This document shows, piece by piece, positions 14,140-54,872 of a stretch of DNA of 64,000 nucleotides. Below the pieces are notes generated by a model. It worked only from the letters and a program-made list of their open reading frames with translations, searched no databases and had not been told where the DNA came from. Source of the DNA: Lama guanicoe (lineage: Eukaryota); contig MU054132.1 of assembly GCA_013239625.1 (NCBI GenBank), forward strand, positions 372,001 to 436,000, in the 5' to 3' direction. The stretch's first letter is position 1. Every line of letters begins with the position of its first letter. Made by a program: the position numbers and the translations under genes.

Positions 14140-15465
14140 AATGTGACACTAAAAACACAGGTAACAAAAGGAAAAAAACATAATTTGGACTTCATCAAAA
14201 TTTTAAAAACTTGGGTGCATCAAAGGACACTACTAAAAGAAGAAAAAGACAACCCACGGAATGGGAGAGAATATTTGAAAATCCCATATCTGGTAACGGC
14301 TTAACATCCAGAGTACAGAAAGAAATCAGCTATCCAGGGGGGCGGAGGGTGGGAAGGGATAGACTGGGATTTCAAAATTGTAGAATAGATAAACAAGATT
14401 ATACTGTATTGCACAGGGAAATATACACAAGATCTTATGGTAGCTCACAGAGACAAAAATGTGACAATGAGTGTGCATATGTCCACGTATGACTGAAAAA
14501 TTGTGCTGAACACTGGAATTTGACAAAACATTGTAAAATGATTATAAATCAATAAAAAATGTTTAAAAAAAAGAAATCAGCTTCAACTCAACAACAGAAA
14601 GACGAACAACCCAGTTAAAAAGTGGGCAAAGGATATGAGTAGGTATTTCTCCAAAGAACATATACAAATGGCAAATAAGGACACGAAAAGATGTTCAACA
14701 GCAATAATCATTAGGGAAATGCAAATCAAAACCACAATGAGTTACCACTTCACACCTAGTAGGCTAGCTATAATTTTTTTTAAAGGAAAATTACAAGTTT
14801 TCCCAAGTAAGTAGAGAATCGGAACCCGCGTACATTGCTGGTGGTAGTGGAAAATGGTACAGCTGCTGTGGCAGTTTGGTGGTTTCTCAAAAAGTTAAAC
14901 ATAGAATTACTATGTGGCCTAGTAATTCCATTACTTAGGTGTAAACCCCAAAGAACTGAAAGCAGGGACTCAAATACTTATACACCAAAAAGTAAACCAA
15001 TACACCAACGACAGCATTAGTCACAACTGCCCAAAGGTATATCCATCAACAGATGACTGGATGAATAAAACATAATGCAGTATCATTCAGACTTAAAAAG
15101 GAATGAAATTCTGTTACGTGCTAGAATATGGATGAACCTTGAAAATGTATGCTTATGCTAAGTGAAATAAGCCAAACACTCAAGAACAAATATCTTGAGA
15201 TTCCATTCACATGAGGTATTTACATTAGGCTAATTCATACAGACAGAAAGTAGCTTAGAGGATTCAAGGGGCCAGGGTAAGAGAGGAATGGGGAGTTATT
15301 GCTTAATGGGTGCAGAGTTTCTGTTTGGAGTGATGAAAACGTTTCAGAAATAGTGGTGACGGTTGCACAACACTGTGAATATACTTAATGCCAATGAAAA
15401 ATGGTTACATAGCAAAGTTTACATCACAGATTTTCACCATAATAAAAACATATTTAAAAAAAAGA
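14140..15465 (+). mobile_element. Old L1 (L1MB/L1MA-like) ORF2 end + 3'UTR
   Basis: Typical L1 3' motifs GGAAATGCAAATCAAAACCACAATGAG and ATGGATGAACCTTGAAAA, A-rich end. Confidence 0.88.
14332..14569 (+). mobile_element. Young L1 3' end nested in an older L1
   Basis: AATAAA + A tail, perfect 13-bp TSD AAAGAAATCAGCT at 14319-14331 and 14570-14582. Confidence 0.88.
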
Positions 15466-16099
15466 ACAACAACTGTGGCAAATAGGGCTACACCCATCCT
15501 TGTCAGTGGGAAGAAGGGCCAGAATTAGGACTGATTAGGCTCTTAATCAGAAGGGACTAGGGCACATACATATGGGCAGCTTGGACTTGGGGCCTACACT
15601 CTTTTTCCACTATTGCTTTTGGGAAATGTAATTTACAAAATCTCAAGGAATCAGAAAGTAATACAGTGAAGTTTCTCAACCCACTCTCACCCTGTATCTG
15701 GGAACCAGTCCAAGTCGGGGCATAAAGAGAGGTACCACCTCTTTTCCTGGTCCCTCCTAACCCCAGCACTCACCTGGGTTACCTCCTAGTCGTATAACTT
15801 TTGGGCAGAGCACCTCACATTGATTGGCCTCAGTGTATCCACCTATAAATTAGCCCTCCTCCTTCCTTCTTCTCAGGTTTGTCATCAAGATCAAGTAAGA
15901 TAAGTCAGGCAGGTGGTATTATTAACCATGTTAAATCTGAAAACACTGTTGTCTCTAATAAATTAAACTGCTGGAGCTACAGAGTAAAATGGGGGCACCA
16001 TGTACTCCCTATCTTTCTTTCCTTCTTTCATTCTCTCCAGAGCACCAACTCCAGCTAACATTAGACATATTGTGCTCAACCATCTGTCCCCACCAGCTA

Positions 16100-16212
16100 A
16101 ACAGAAGCTGCTTGGGGCACAGACCTGTGTGTGCTTTGCTCACTGTTGTACCTTCAGTGCCTGAATGACTGGTGCACACTAGGTGCTCAGTATACAACTG
16201 CTGAAAGAATAC
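16100..16212 (+). mobile_element. L2 3' end
   Basis: TTGCTCACTGTTGTACCTTCAGTGCCT...TAGGTGCTCAGTATAC...GAAAGAAT. Confidence 0.55.
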
Positions 16213-16617
16213 ATTACCAGCTCTAGTAACCCATTTTGAAACAAGCCAAACAACATGTTATCACCTGCTGCTAACCCACCTTTGACACCACTGCACAGAA
16301 ACTGAAGAGTCAACTAAAAATTCTAACTTCCCCTTTATAAGCAGGAAAAGGAACTGTAAGAGCGGAATAATCAGGAGCTCCTGGATAGGCATGCCAGAAA
16401 AGGAAAAGGCTTCCAACAGAGTCAAGTTGTGGCTTCACGGTAACTCTCGTTTCTTAAAATGAATGCAAGGAAACTCCAAAGGCCAGTGAGTTCTCAGTTT
16501 CAAGGGAGAAGCCTTGTGATTTCCAAATGCACATTTTTCAGAAATGAGTTCACTGCCAAGAGCTTTCTGAAGTCAGAACTGTGAAGATTAAACCCAATTA
16601 AAGTAAGTAGTAATCAG

Positions 16618-19360
16618 TATGCCACAAACTGGATAACCTAGATGAAATGGACAAATTCCTAGAAACATACAATGTAACTAAACTGACTCATGAAGAAATA
16701 AAACATCTGAATAGACCTATAATTAAAAAGAGGACTGAATAAGTAACTAAAAACCACCCAACAAAGAAAAGCCCAGGGCCAGATAGCTTCACTGGTGAAT
16801 TCTACCAAGCATTTAAAGAATTAACACCAAATCCTTCTCAAACTCTTCTAAAAAATTGAAGAGGAAGGAATATTTCCTAAATCATTCTATGAGATCAGCA
16901 CTACCCTGATAAAAAAAAGCCAAAGATACTTTAAGAAAACTACAAATCAATATTCCTTATGAATATTGTTGCAAAAATCCTTTAACAAAACATTAGCAAA
17001 CTGAATTTAATAGCATATTAAAAGGTTTATACACTATGGCCAAGTGGAATTTACTCTTGGTTGATTCAACCAGGATGGTTCAACATGAAAAATCAATCAA
17101 CATAATACAGTAACAGCAAAAAAACCACATGATCATTTCAATTCATGAAGAAAAAGCATTTGACAAAATTCAACTTCCTTTCATGATAAAAAATACTCAA
17201 CAAACTAGGAACAGAAGGAAACTTCCTCAACTTGATAAAGACCATATATGAAAAACCCAAAGTGAACATCACACTCAATGGTGAAAGACTGAATTCTTTT
17301 CCTCTAACATCAGGAACAAAACAAGATGCCTGCTTTCATCATTTCTATTCAGCATGATACTGAAAGTTCTAGCCAGAGCAATTAGGCAAGAAAGGAAAAA
17401 AAAGGCATCCAAACTGAAACAGAGGTAAAATTATCTCTGTTCACCAATGACATGATCTTACATGCAGGAAACCCTAAAGAGTCCACACATACGCAAAAAC
17501 TGTTAGAATAAATAAATTCAGCAAAGTTTCTGGATACAAAATCAACAGACAAAAATCAACAGCATTTCTATACACTGGCAATGAGCAATCTGAAAAGGAA
17601 ATTTAAGAAAACAACCCCATTTACAGCAGCACCATAAAGAATAAAATATTTAGGAATACATTTACCAAGGAGGCTAAAGACTTGCACAATGTGAACTAGA
17701 GAGTAATGTTGAGAGAAATTAAAGAACTTAAATAAACAGAGAGACATCCCATGTTCATGCATTAGAAGACTTAATATTGTTAGGATGGCAATACTACCTA
17801 AAATGATCTACAGATTCAATGCAGCGCCTATCAAAATCTCAACGGTGTTTTTGCACAAATAGAAAAATGTATCCTAAAATTCACATGGAATTTCAAGGGA
17901 TCCCAAATAGCCAAAACGATCTTGAAAGAGGACTAAATTGGAGGGCTCACATTTCCTGGTTTCAAAACTTACTACAAAGCTACAGTAATCAGAACAACTT
18001 GGTACTGACATAAGGACAGACACAGAAACTAATGGGACAGTATAGAGCATCCAGAAATAAACCCTCACATGTATGGTTAAATGATTTCCAGCAAGGGTGC
18101 CAAGAACACTCAACAGAGAAAGGACAGTCTTTTCAGCAAATGGTACTGGGAAAGCTGGATATTTACATGCAAAAGAATGGACTGGATCCTTACATTATAC
18201 TATATACAAATATTAACTTAGAATGGATCAAAGACCTAAATGTAGGAATTAAAACTAAAATCATCAGAAGAAAACACAGGGGAAAAACTTCATGATCTTG
18301 AATTTGACACTGGTTCATTAGGTATGATACCAAAAGCAGGATAAACAACGGGAAAAAAAAAGATAAATTGAACTTCATCAAAATTTAAAACTTTGTGCAT
18401 CAAAGGACATTATCAGGAAAGCAAAAAGACAACTTTGGGATGGGAAAAAATATTTGCAAATCACTTATCTGATAAGGGGTTAATATTCAGAATACATTAA
18501 GAACTCCTACAACTCAACAGCAACCAAAAACCCAATTAAAAAATGGTCAAAGGACCCAAATAGACTTTTCTCCAAAGAAGATACACAAATGGCTGCAGGC
18601 ACATGAGAAGAAGCTCAATATCACTAGTGAAATGCAAATCAAAACCACAATGAGATACCACTTCACACCCATTACAATAGCTATAATCAATAAAACAGAA
18701 AACAAGTGTTGGCAAGGATGTGGAGAAACTGGAATCTTCGTGCATTGATGCTGGGAATGTAAAATGATGTGGCTGCTATGGGAAACATAGTGGTTTCTCA
18801 AAAAGTTAAACACAGAATTACTGTATGATCCCAAAATTCCACTTCTGGATATATACACGAAAGAAATGAAAACATGGACTCAGAGAGATATTTGCATGTC
18901 CATTACTCACAGCAGCCAAAAGCTAGGAGCAAACCAAGTGTCCATTAACAGATGAATGGATAAACAAAATGTGGTATATACATACAATGGAATATTATTA
19001 AGCCTTAAAAAGGAATGAAATTAACACATGCTACAACATGGATGAACCCTGAAAACATTATGCTGAATGAAATAAGGCAGTCACGGAAAGACAAGTACTA
19101 TATGATTCTACTTATATGAGATACCTGGAATAGTCAAATTACAGAGACAGAAAGCAGAATGGTGGTTGCCAGAAGCTGAGGAGAGAGAAGGATAGGGAAC
19201 TATTGTTTAATGGCTGCCGAGTTTCCATTTGGGGTGATGTAAAAGTTCTGGAAATAGATAGTGGTATAGTTACATAATACTGTGAATGTCCTTAATGCCA
19301 TGGAATCGTACATCTAAAATGGTAAATTTTATGTTATGGTATTCTACCACAATTATTGAA
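16618..19360 (+). mobile_element. Degenerate L1 of about 2.7 kb, ORF2 RT/C-terminal region + 3'UTR
   Basis: A-rich, recognisable ORF2 remnants (GAAATGGACAAATTCCTAGAAACATAC, AAAGCATTTGACAAAATTCAAC), many stops; possible decayed TSD 16600-16617 / 19361-19378. Confidence 0.92.
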
Positions 19361-20559
19361 AAAGCAAAAAATAATCAGGTCCATATTTTCAGCCCATGGA
19401 GAGAATCCCTCTTAAAAGGCCAGTTTTCCTGACACCTGGGGCATCCTTCCCATGTCAACAGGCCATAAGGATGCTATCTTGTCCTTTGTATTCTGACCTC
19501 AAGCCCAGTTCCAATAAGGTGGGCCCTAAATCCAAGCCAACAAATCAGGCTGACTAGCTACTGTTTGTAAGGCTGAGGACTGAGCTTCCCACTTCCCCAG
19601 GCTAGATAGTTTGCAGGGATAACTGTCTGACAGGGCCGAGGAGTTGCCAACAAAAGCAGAAGCCAATCCCGCTGGCTATCACTCTATTATTTCCCCTTTC
19701 ACTTTCCCAAAGGACACCACCCGGGCATGCAGAAAGGAAACAGGGGTCAGACTGCCCAGTCTGATTTTCTGACTTGGAAAATGGAGTCCCTATTTCCCCT
19801 TATTCCTTGCAGGTCTAGATATTTAATATCCTTTGTATTTCTTACAGTTCAGGACAAAGCTTTCGCTCATGCAACAACAGCAGAACGAAATTATCTCCAT
19901 CCTTTGCAGTCTCTAGGGTCTTTTCATACAGATTACCCTGTTAAGTCTCAAAGTAATCCACTGAGAATGAATGTGCAGGAGTTGTTATCCTCCACTGGAA
20001 ACATGAAGAAACCGGGGCTCATGGAGACGAAGCAATTTGTCCCAAATCCCATATCCCTAAGTGACAGGATCAGGGTTTGCATACAAGTAGTGAACTTCAG
20101 AGTTCTCTTTCCCCTCTATTATTTCGGAAATATGAACAAAGTATAAAAGGAATGAGACAATTTTGGTGTCAACCAAGACCAAGGAAAAATGTTTCCAAGT
20201 TTGGTAACAAATAGGACTAGGAGGTCCATTCCCCAGATAAGAGCCTGGTAAAGAACTAAGCGCCTGCCTCTTTCCCTGAAGTCTACCCTAACCCAGAAAC
20301 GGGTCCTTCCTTTAGATTTTTGGTACTCAGTGGTTCCAGCTGGGCACCTAGAGCACAGTACGGTACTGCCCTACTGCCCTACTGCCCTGTCCAAGGCACT
20401 CTGGCGGACAGGGGAGAGTCGGGCAGACTTGTCGAATTTCCCCAGGGGTGGAGACGGCTGGATCATGGGAAAACAGAAGATTCGGCGTGCTCAGACGGAA
20501 ACAAATAACGTCTACACCAACGAGCGTCTGAAACTAAAAGTGGCACTGGAGACCCACAC

Positions 20560-21260
20560 GAGAAACACCGGACAGGAGTCAAACGGTATGCGGCGCGTGG
20601 ACCACTGTCCTGTGAGTCCCTGCACATGCGCGAAGACAACACCAACGCAGAAATAGTACCGCTCCGCACCACCAGACTTGGTGGGCGGGCACAGACTCCT
20701 CGCGCATGCTCCAGCCGCGTGCGCACGCGCATCCTGGACATCTCCCTTTTCTCAGTAGTCCCCTGCCCTCTCGTCGTGATGCGAAGTCCGAATGCTGGCT
20801 ACCTCAGCCAAGGCCCTCACTTTGCATTCCTCACCTTGCGCCCGGTTTTCTCCCTTAGGGCCTTCAGCCGTTCCTTCCGTCGCAACGCCTCTTCCTCTAA
20901 CCGTCCCACACCGCCCGTAGTAGCCGCCATCTTGCCCGCAGACCCCCTCTTCTCTTGTGCCGCATCGCGCAGGCCCAAGGAGCAGATGACCCTCTCACGG
21001 CCAATCCAGGGACGAGATTGGTGGAGCCGGAAGTCCTGAAAGCCAATCAATGCTGAGTTGCTATGGGAGGACCCGCCCTCTTCCTACCCGGCAACTCGCC
21101 TAGCTCGTCCAGGACTGGCAAAGAAAAAAGCTCTAAGGCTCGATTCGTCCAACGCCTATCAGCGAGAAAGCAGCAAGTGGGATCAGACCTGAGTGAAGGA
21201 GGATAGAGCGCGTCGATCGCCCTGGTTTTGCCTAAGCGCCAACTACAGGTCACACTATGC
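20560..21260 (-). promoter_or_regulatory. CCDC12 CpG-island promoter
   Basis: CpG-rich; YY1 motif GCCGCCATCTT over the start codon (20923-20933), ETS CCGGAAGT 21027-21034, CCAAT/ATTGG boxes at 21001, 21017, 21043, NRF1-like GCGCATGC near 20702. Confidence 0.8.
20835..20930 (-). CDS. CCDC12: CCDC12 coding exon 1; intron 1 runs off the left end of the window
   Basis: Minus-strand ATG at 20930 (aagATGg) encodes MAATTGGVGRLEEEALRRKERLKALREKTGRK, 96 nt, then donor AAG|GTGAGG; recognised as the CCDC12 N-terminus; no exon 2 recognised in 1-20834. Confidence 0.95.
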
Positions 21261-23402
21261 TGGCCAGTTGGAACGCACTGACCCATCCTTATCCAGTTGT
21301 TTTGATTGTCCAAGGCTCAAGAATGCCTTCAAGAGCCCTCCCTGACTCTCCTCTCTGACCCCAGCCTAAGAGGCCTGCCTCTCCTTTCCTCTCAAGCTGT
21401 CAGTAGCTCCCTGGATGCACTTGTTCATGGGCTTCTAGGCTTTTCTGTCCATTTTCAGCTCAGACAAAGCCTAAGCAGAGCAGGGCTTGGCTGATGGCCA
21501 CTTCCCTCTAGGTTCATGGATGATCCCCTCCTACCTCCAAATCCCCTAGAGTGGCAAAATACCCACGGTAGACTACCTACCCTGGAGAAGAGCAAACCCC
21601 CATCTGGGTCTAGTGGGCCCCAAGGTACCATTCTTAGCTTAATTCCTGAGAACTAAGCTGACAGTTGGTTTGGCCTCGACTGCAGCAGGTGGCCATGAGG
21701 TACAATGCTTCCCAGGGCCTTCTTTCCTGAGTTAATTAGCATGCCCTGACAACTGAGAAACTCTGACTGAAGTCAAGATCTTTTGACAGCATGTGCCATT
21801 TCCCAGAGCCACATCTCCTCCCACCTGCAGAGAGGAGGCTATCCCTCCCTCCTTCCCCCCTACTCACTAAGGCGTGTCTCTCAGCAAGGCTGTTCCCTGC
21901 TTGGGGCCTCCCTTCCCAGGCTGGCACAAAGTAGACTCCCACTCCCTTCCGAGTTTCCTTCAGAGGCCCCATTGCTATAGGCCCCTGTCCAAGTAGCCCC
22001 CACAAACAACCCTCTTGACCTCAGTATCAGGTGGCATGCCCTGCCAGGGCCTACTGTGCAAGTAGTATGCAAAATGCAGGTAGTAAGTGCTCAGGAAATG
22101 TCAGCTCAGAGGTAAGATAGATGGGGCAGGAGGAAAGGCCAGTGGAGGAGCTGCCCAGGAAGCCAGGAGGATAGATGAAGCCAAGAAGACAGGATGGGTC
22201 TGTCTCCTCTTGGCTACTCAAGGTCTAGGAGGGTCCAGAGTGGTCAATTCCTCCAAATGACGGTAACTCTCTGGGTCCCACAGTTCCTCCCAGTCCCATC
22301 ACCCTTGCCCAACAGCAGCCCCCCTCCCCCGCAACCGCAACAGGGATTGGGAGAAGGTGGGTGAGAAAGAGGCCCTGGGTGATAGTGACAGTGGTTCTGG
22401 AAAGAGTCCGTCAAGCCTCTGTCCCTGTCCATGTTGTCCCTGGATGCCCAGGTGGTCCTCGTTTGGCCCATCTCGGCCTCAGTTTCTCTGCATGTAAAAC
22501 AGAGTCATGAGGCACTTTCTTGCCTTTAAACTTTTGAAGTTAAAAAAAAAAAAAGATGTGACTCAAGAACTGAGCCCTAAAGTGGAGAGTGCCTCCATCG
22601 GAGCATCTAGGAAGGCTTCCTGGAGGAGTGGGTCCAGGCGAGGCGAGGACTGCCTAAATCTCCCAGATAGAGGGAACTGCTCCTGCGGAAGTATTTCAGG
22701 CTTGTCCTGCTGTTTCCTGGTGCGGGCCTCCGCCCCGCGCACTCCCGCCACACCATCCTGCTCCACAAACAGTAAGAGCAGAAAACTGGCACTTTAGTCG
22801 CCCCATAAAGCGCTTAGTCCAGGGCCTGGCACGTGGTAAGGTGGTCGTGATGGTTGTTGTTAACATTACTTATGGAAGGACACTGCCTGTCTGCACCCGG
22901 CCCGCAGCCCCTTCCCCCAACCCCGCAAGCCTGTCCCTTGCACGAATGGTGGCCATTCCAACCAGGCGGGCTGCGTCCCAGTCACATCTAGACCTAAAGC
23001 AAGTCTGGAATCCCTCATCCCGACCCTAGTCCGAGAGGGTCAGAATGGCCCTTCCCCAGGCACTAGTGAAGGTACGGATTGCAGAGGGTGGGGCTGCTGG
23101 GCGCCCCCCGGAGCCGCCCTGACCTCAGGCTCCTCCTCCCGCCAGACACCCCGCCCTTTGCTCGGTCCCGGGAGAGGCGGGGCGGCGGTGCCCGCCGCTA
23201 AGTGCAGGAAGCCGGGCTGCGGTCCGCGGGGAGGAGGAGGAGAGCGGCGGGGGCCAGTACTACTTCCCCCAAGTAGTACCGGGCCGCTCCGCCCTGGAGT
23301 GACGCCCTCCGCCCATGGGCCTGGCCGAGGGCAACTGGCGGGCGGCGCGGAGGAGGCGGCGGCAGCAGGTGGCGTGGAGCAGGGCCGGAGCCGGGCCGGG
23401 CC

Positions 23403-52701
<29,299 letters not shown>

Positions 52702-53047
52702 CAGCCCTGCGCCCCACTGCGCAGCTCCGCCCCCAGCAGTTTCCGCCTCCGAGGCCCCGCCCAGGAGTCCACAGGAGGAGGCGACACCCAGCCTCAGGGG
52801 GTGGGCAGGGCCCCCACCTCCGCCCAGCTCAGGGATTGGCGGGCGGTGTCACTCCAGGAAGTCTGGCCCCTCGCCGGCAGAGGGGCCGCCCAGAGTCCCA
52901 GCACTGGCCTCAGCGGCCGCAAGCATTTTTGCACAATCTGAGGAGGGGGATCCAGGCTCCCAGGGCCCCGTCCCGCCGTAGCACAGGGGCCGGGCTGTGG
53001 CCTTAATCCTAAGGGCGCACTCCCCACCCCCGTTCTCCCATCTCAGC

Positions 53048-53053
53048 AATAAA
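53048..53053 (+). terminator. NBEAL2 polyadenylation signal AATAAA
   Basis: First AATAAA about 350 nt after the stop, followed by GT-rich TAGTTTTGTAGCTGTT. Confidence 0.85.
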
Positions 53054-53074
53054 CCTGGACTAGTTTTGTAGCTG

Positions 53075-53480
53075 TTCCGCCTCCGAGCATGCGTGCGCGC
53101 GTTGCGTCTCAGCCTGCCCTGGGCTCAAGTCCCAAGGAGACTTGTCACCTCCGCTTGGCGCCGCCCGCGGTTTCTCAGGTGCGGCTTCGGACTCACTTCT
53201 GCGCATGTACACGTTCCTGAGCCGGGCGGGGCAAGATCGCGAGCGGCCCCGCCCTCCAGTACCGCCCCGCCCTTCGGTGTCCAGCCCCCTTCACTTCCCA
53301 GCTCTCCTCCCCACTCTCGGGGGTTGGGGGGGGGCAGAACCTGGCCAACCCAGGAACTCCACTCTGGCCTCCTCCCCGGCCCGAGGCTCGGAGGCCCCGT
53401 TCCGTGAGGTTGGGCGTATCCTGGGACCTGCGGAGGGTCGGCTGCTGCAGGTCAGGAGCGGATTGGGGACGGAGTCCTGG
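53075..53480 (+). promoter_or_regulatory. CpG-rich candidate NRADD promoter directly after the NBEAL2 polyA site
   Basis: CpG-dense, NRF1-like GCATGCG (53087) and TGCGCATGT (53200), GC boxes. Confidence 0.55.
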
Positions 53481-54829
53481 GTCTTCCTGGATGGAGGCGC
53501 TGAAGGCTGCCTCCAGGCCCCACACTTGCAGACCAGAGGTCCTGCGGATGTTGTCCGTTATGGTGCTGACGTCTGGGTTAGGATGCGTGTGGGAAGCCAG
53601 GGCAGTGTGGGTGTGCGCTGTTGCTGTGTGTGCGTCTTTTGTGGACCTGGAGACGGGTGTGTGTGGTAGAGGCTCCAATCCCGCAGCTCATGTGTGTTGG
53701 GGGGGTGGTCAGGTACACACACAAGGCCTGGCTCTCTGCAAGCGCTATACACTGGCTAATCCGCCAACCAGGATCCAGAAAGGGCCGCTTATGTGGTAAG
53801 TAACGCGAATGTACACATCGTTCACACGGCAAGGGTCGCCACAGAATCTGTGCCAGACTCACTCGCCGACACTGGACTTTGCCACACACGTGGGCCCGTG
53901 CCTTTCCCCAGGGAAGTGAGTTTGGAATGCTTGGGGTGGACCAGGCCAGATGTGGAGTGGTGGATGTCGGGGAGTTGAAGGGCCTTCCCCCAGGTCTCTT
54001 CTCCATCCTTTTCCCCCTCCTCAGCCCAGACCAGGGTCTCCTCCCCAGGCCTCAGGACGCATCCTGAGGACCTGCAGTCGCAGCAGTATCAGGTATCAGC
54101 CTACATGTAGAGATAGTTCCTGGGATTGAGTGGTCCTCTTCTTCAGGTTTCTGGCCTCCAGACCCTCTCCAAATTCCGAAAGGACCAGGAGTCCTCTGGG
54201 TCCACATGCCCTCTACCTTTGCCGAGCCCATCAGAGTACCCTCCCATCCAGCCTCTGAGCAGGAGGTGAGGACTGGACACTGACCCTGGAGACAGGAATG
54301 GGAACATAGTCACTCCAGGAACTGTGCTGGTACTGGGAACTCTGGGGAGCTTCCTACTAGCCACTTAAGTCTCCACCTGGCTCTGGCTGAGAATGGGGAT
54401 GGGAGTCTCCCTGGTTCTCCTATTGCCATCCCTGGACTCAGACCAGGGGTTTGCCGAGGTCTCTTAAGACAGGGGGGTTTCCAGTGTGCCCTTTTCCATG
54501 CTGAGCTGCACCCTGGCCTCCTCCAGCTGCGGCCAGCTCTATCACCTCCACCCCATTTGACCCTGGAGGAAACTGGTCCCGATTGGTGAGTGGGGACATG
54601 GAGGGTACCCAGCCCTGGAGTGAATCAGGATGAAGTGAACCAGGAAAGTGGGACAGACTACCCTAAGGGATTCCAGACTTTAAGCCTGAGGAATTCCCCC
54701 CATGTCCCTATACACAGCCCCTTCTGAACGCATAAGTCTCCCAGGTCCTTTGCCTGGGCGCTGCCCATGACACTTTAACTCCTTCTCTAAGAGATGCAGC
54801 CCCTGGGAGCACTACTAGCTGGCAGAACC

Positions 54830-54872
54830 ATGCTTCACAACTCCAGCCACAGGGAAGGCATGGTCCATGTGG
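54830..54872 (+). CDS. NRADD: NRADD first coding exon
   Basis: accATG CTT CAC AAC TCC AGC = MLHNSSHREGMVHV, phase-1 donor G|GTAAGC; resembles recalled mouse MLYNVSKGVVYS. Confidence 0.8.

Noticed and set aside
17568..18858. Short ORFs resembling common hypothetical proteins
   Set aside because: Sense and antisense fragments of the decayed L1
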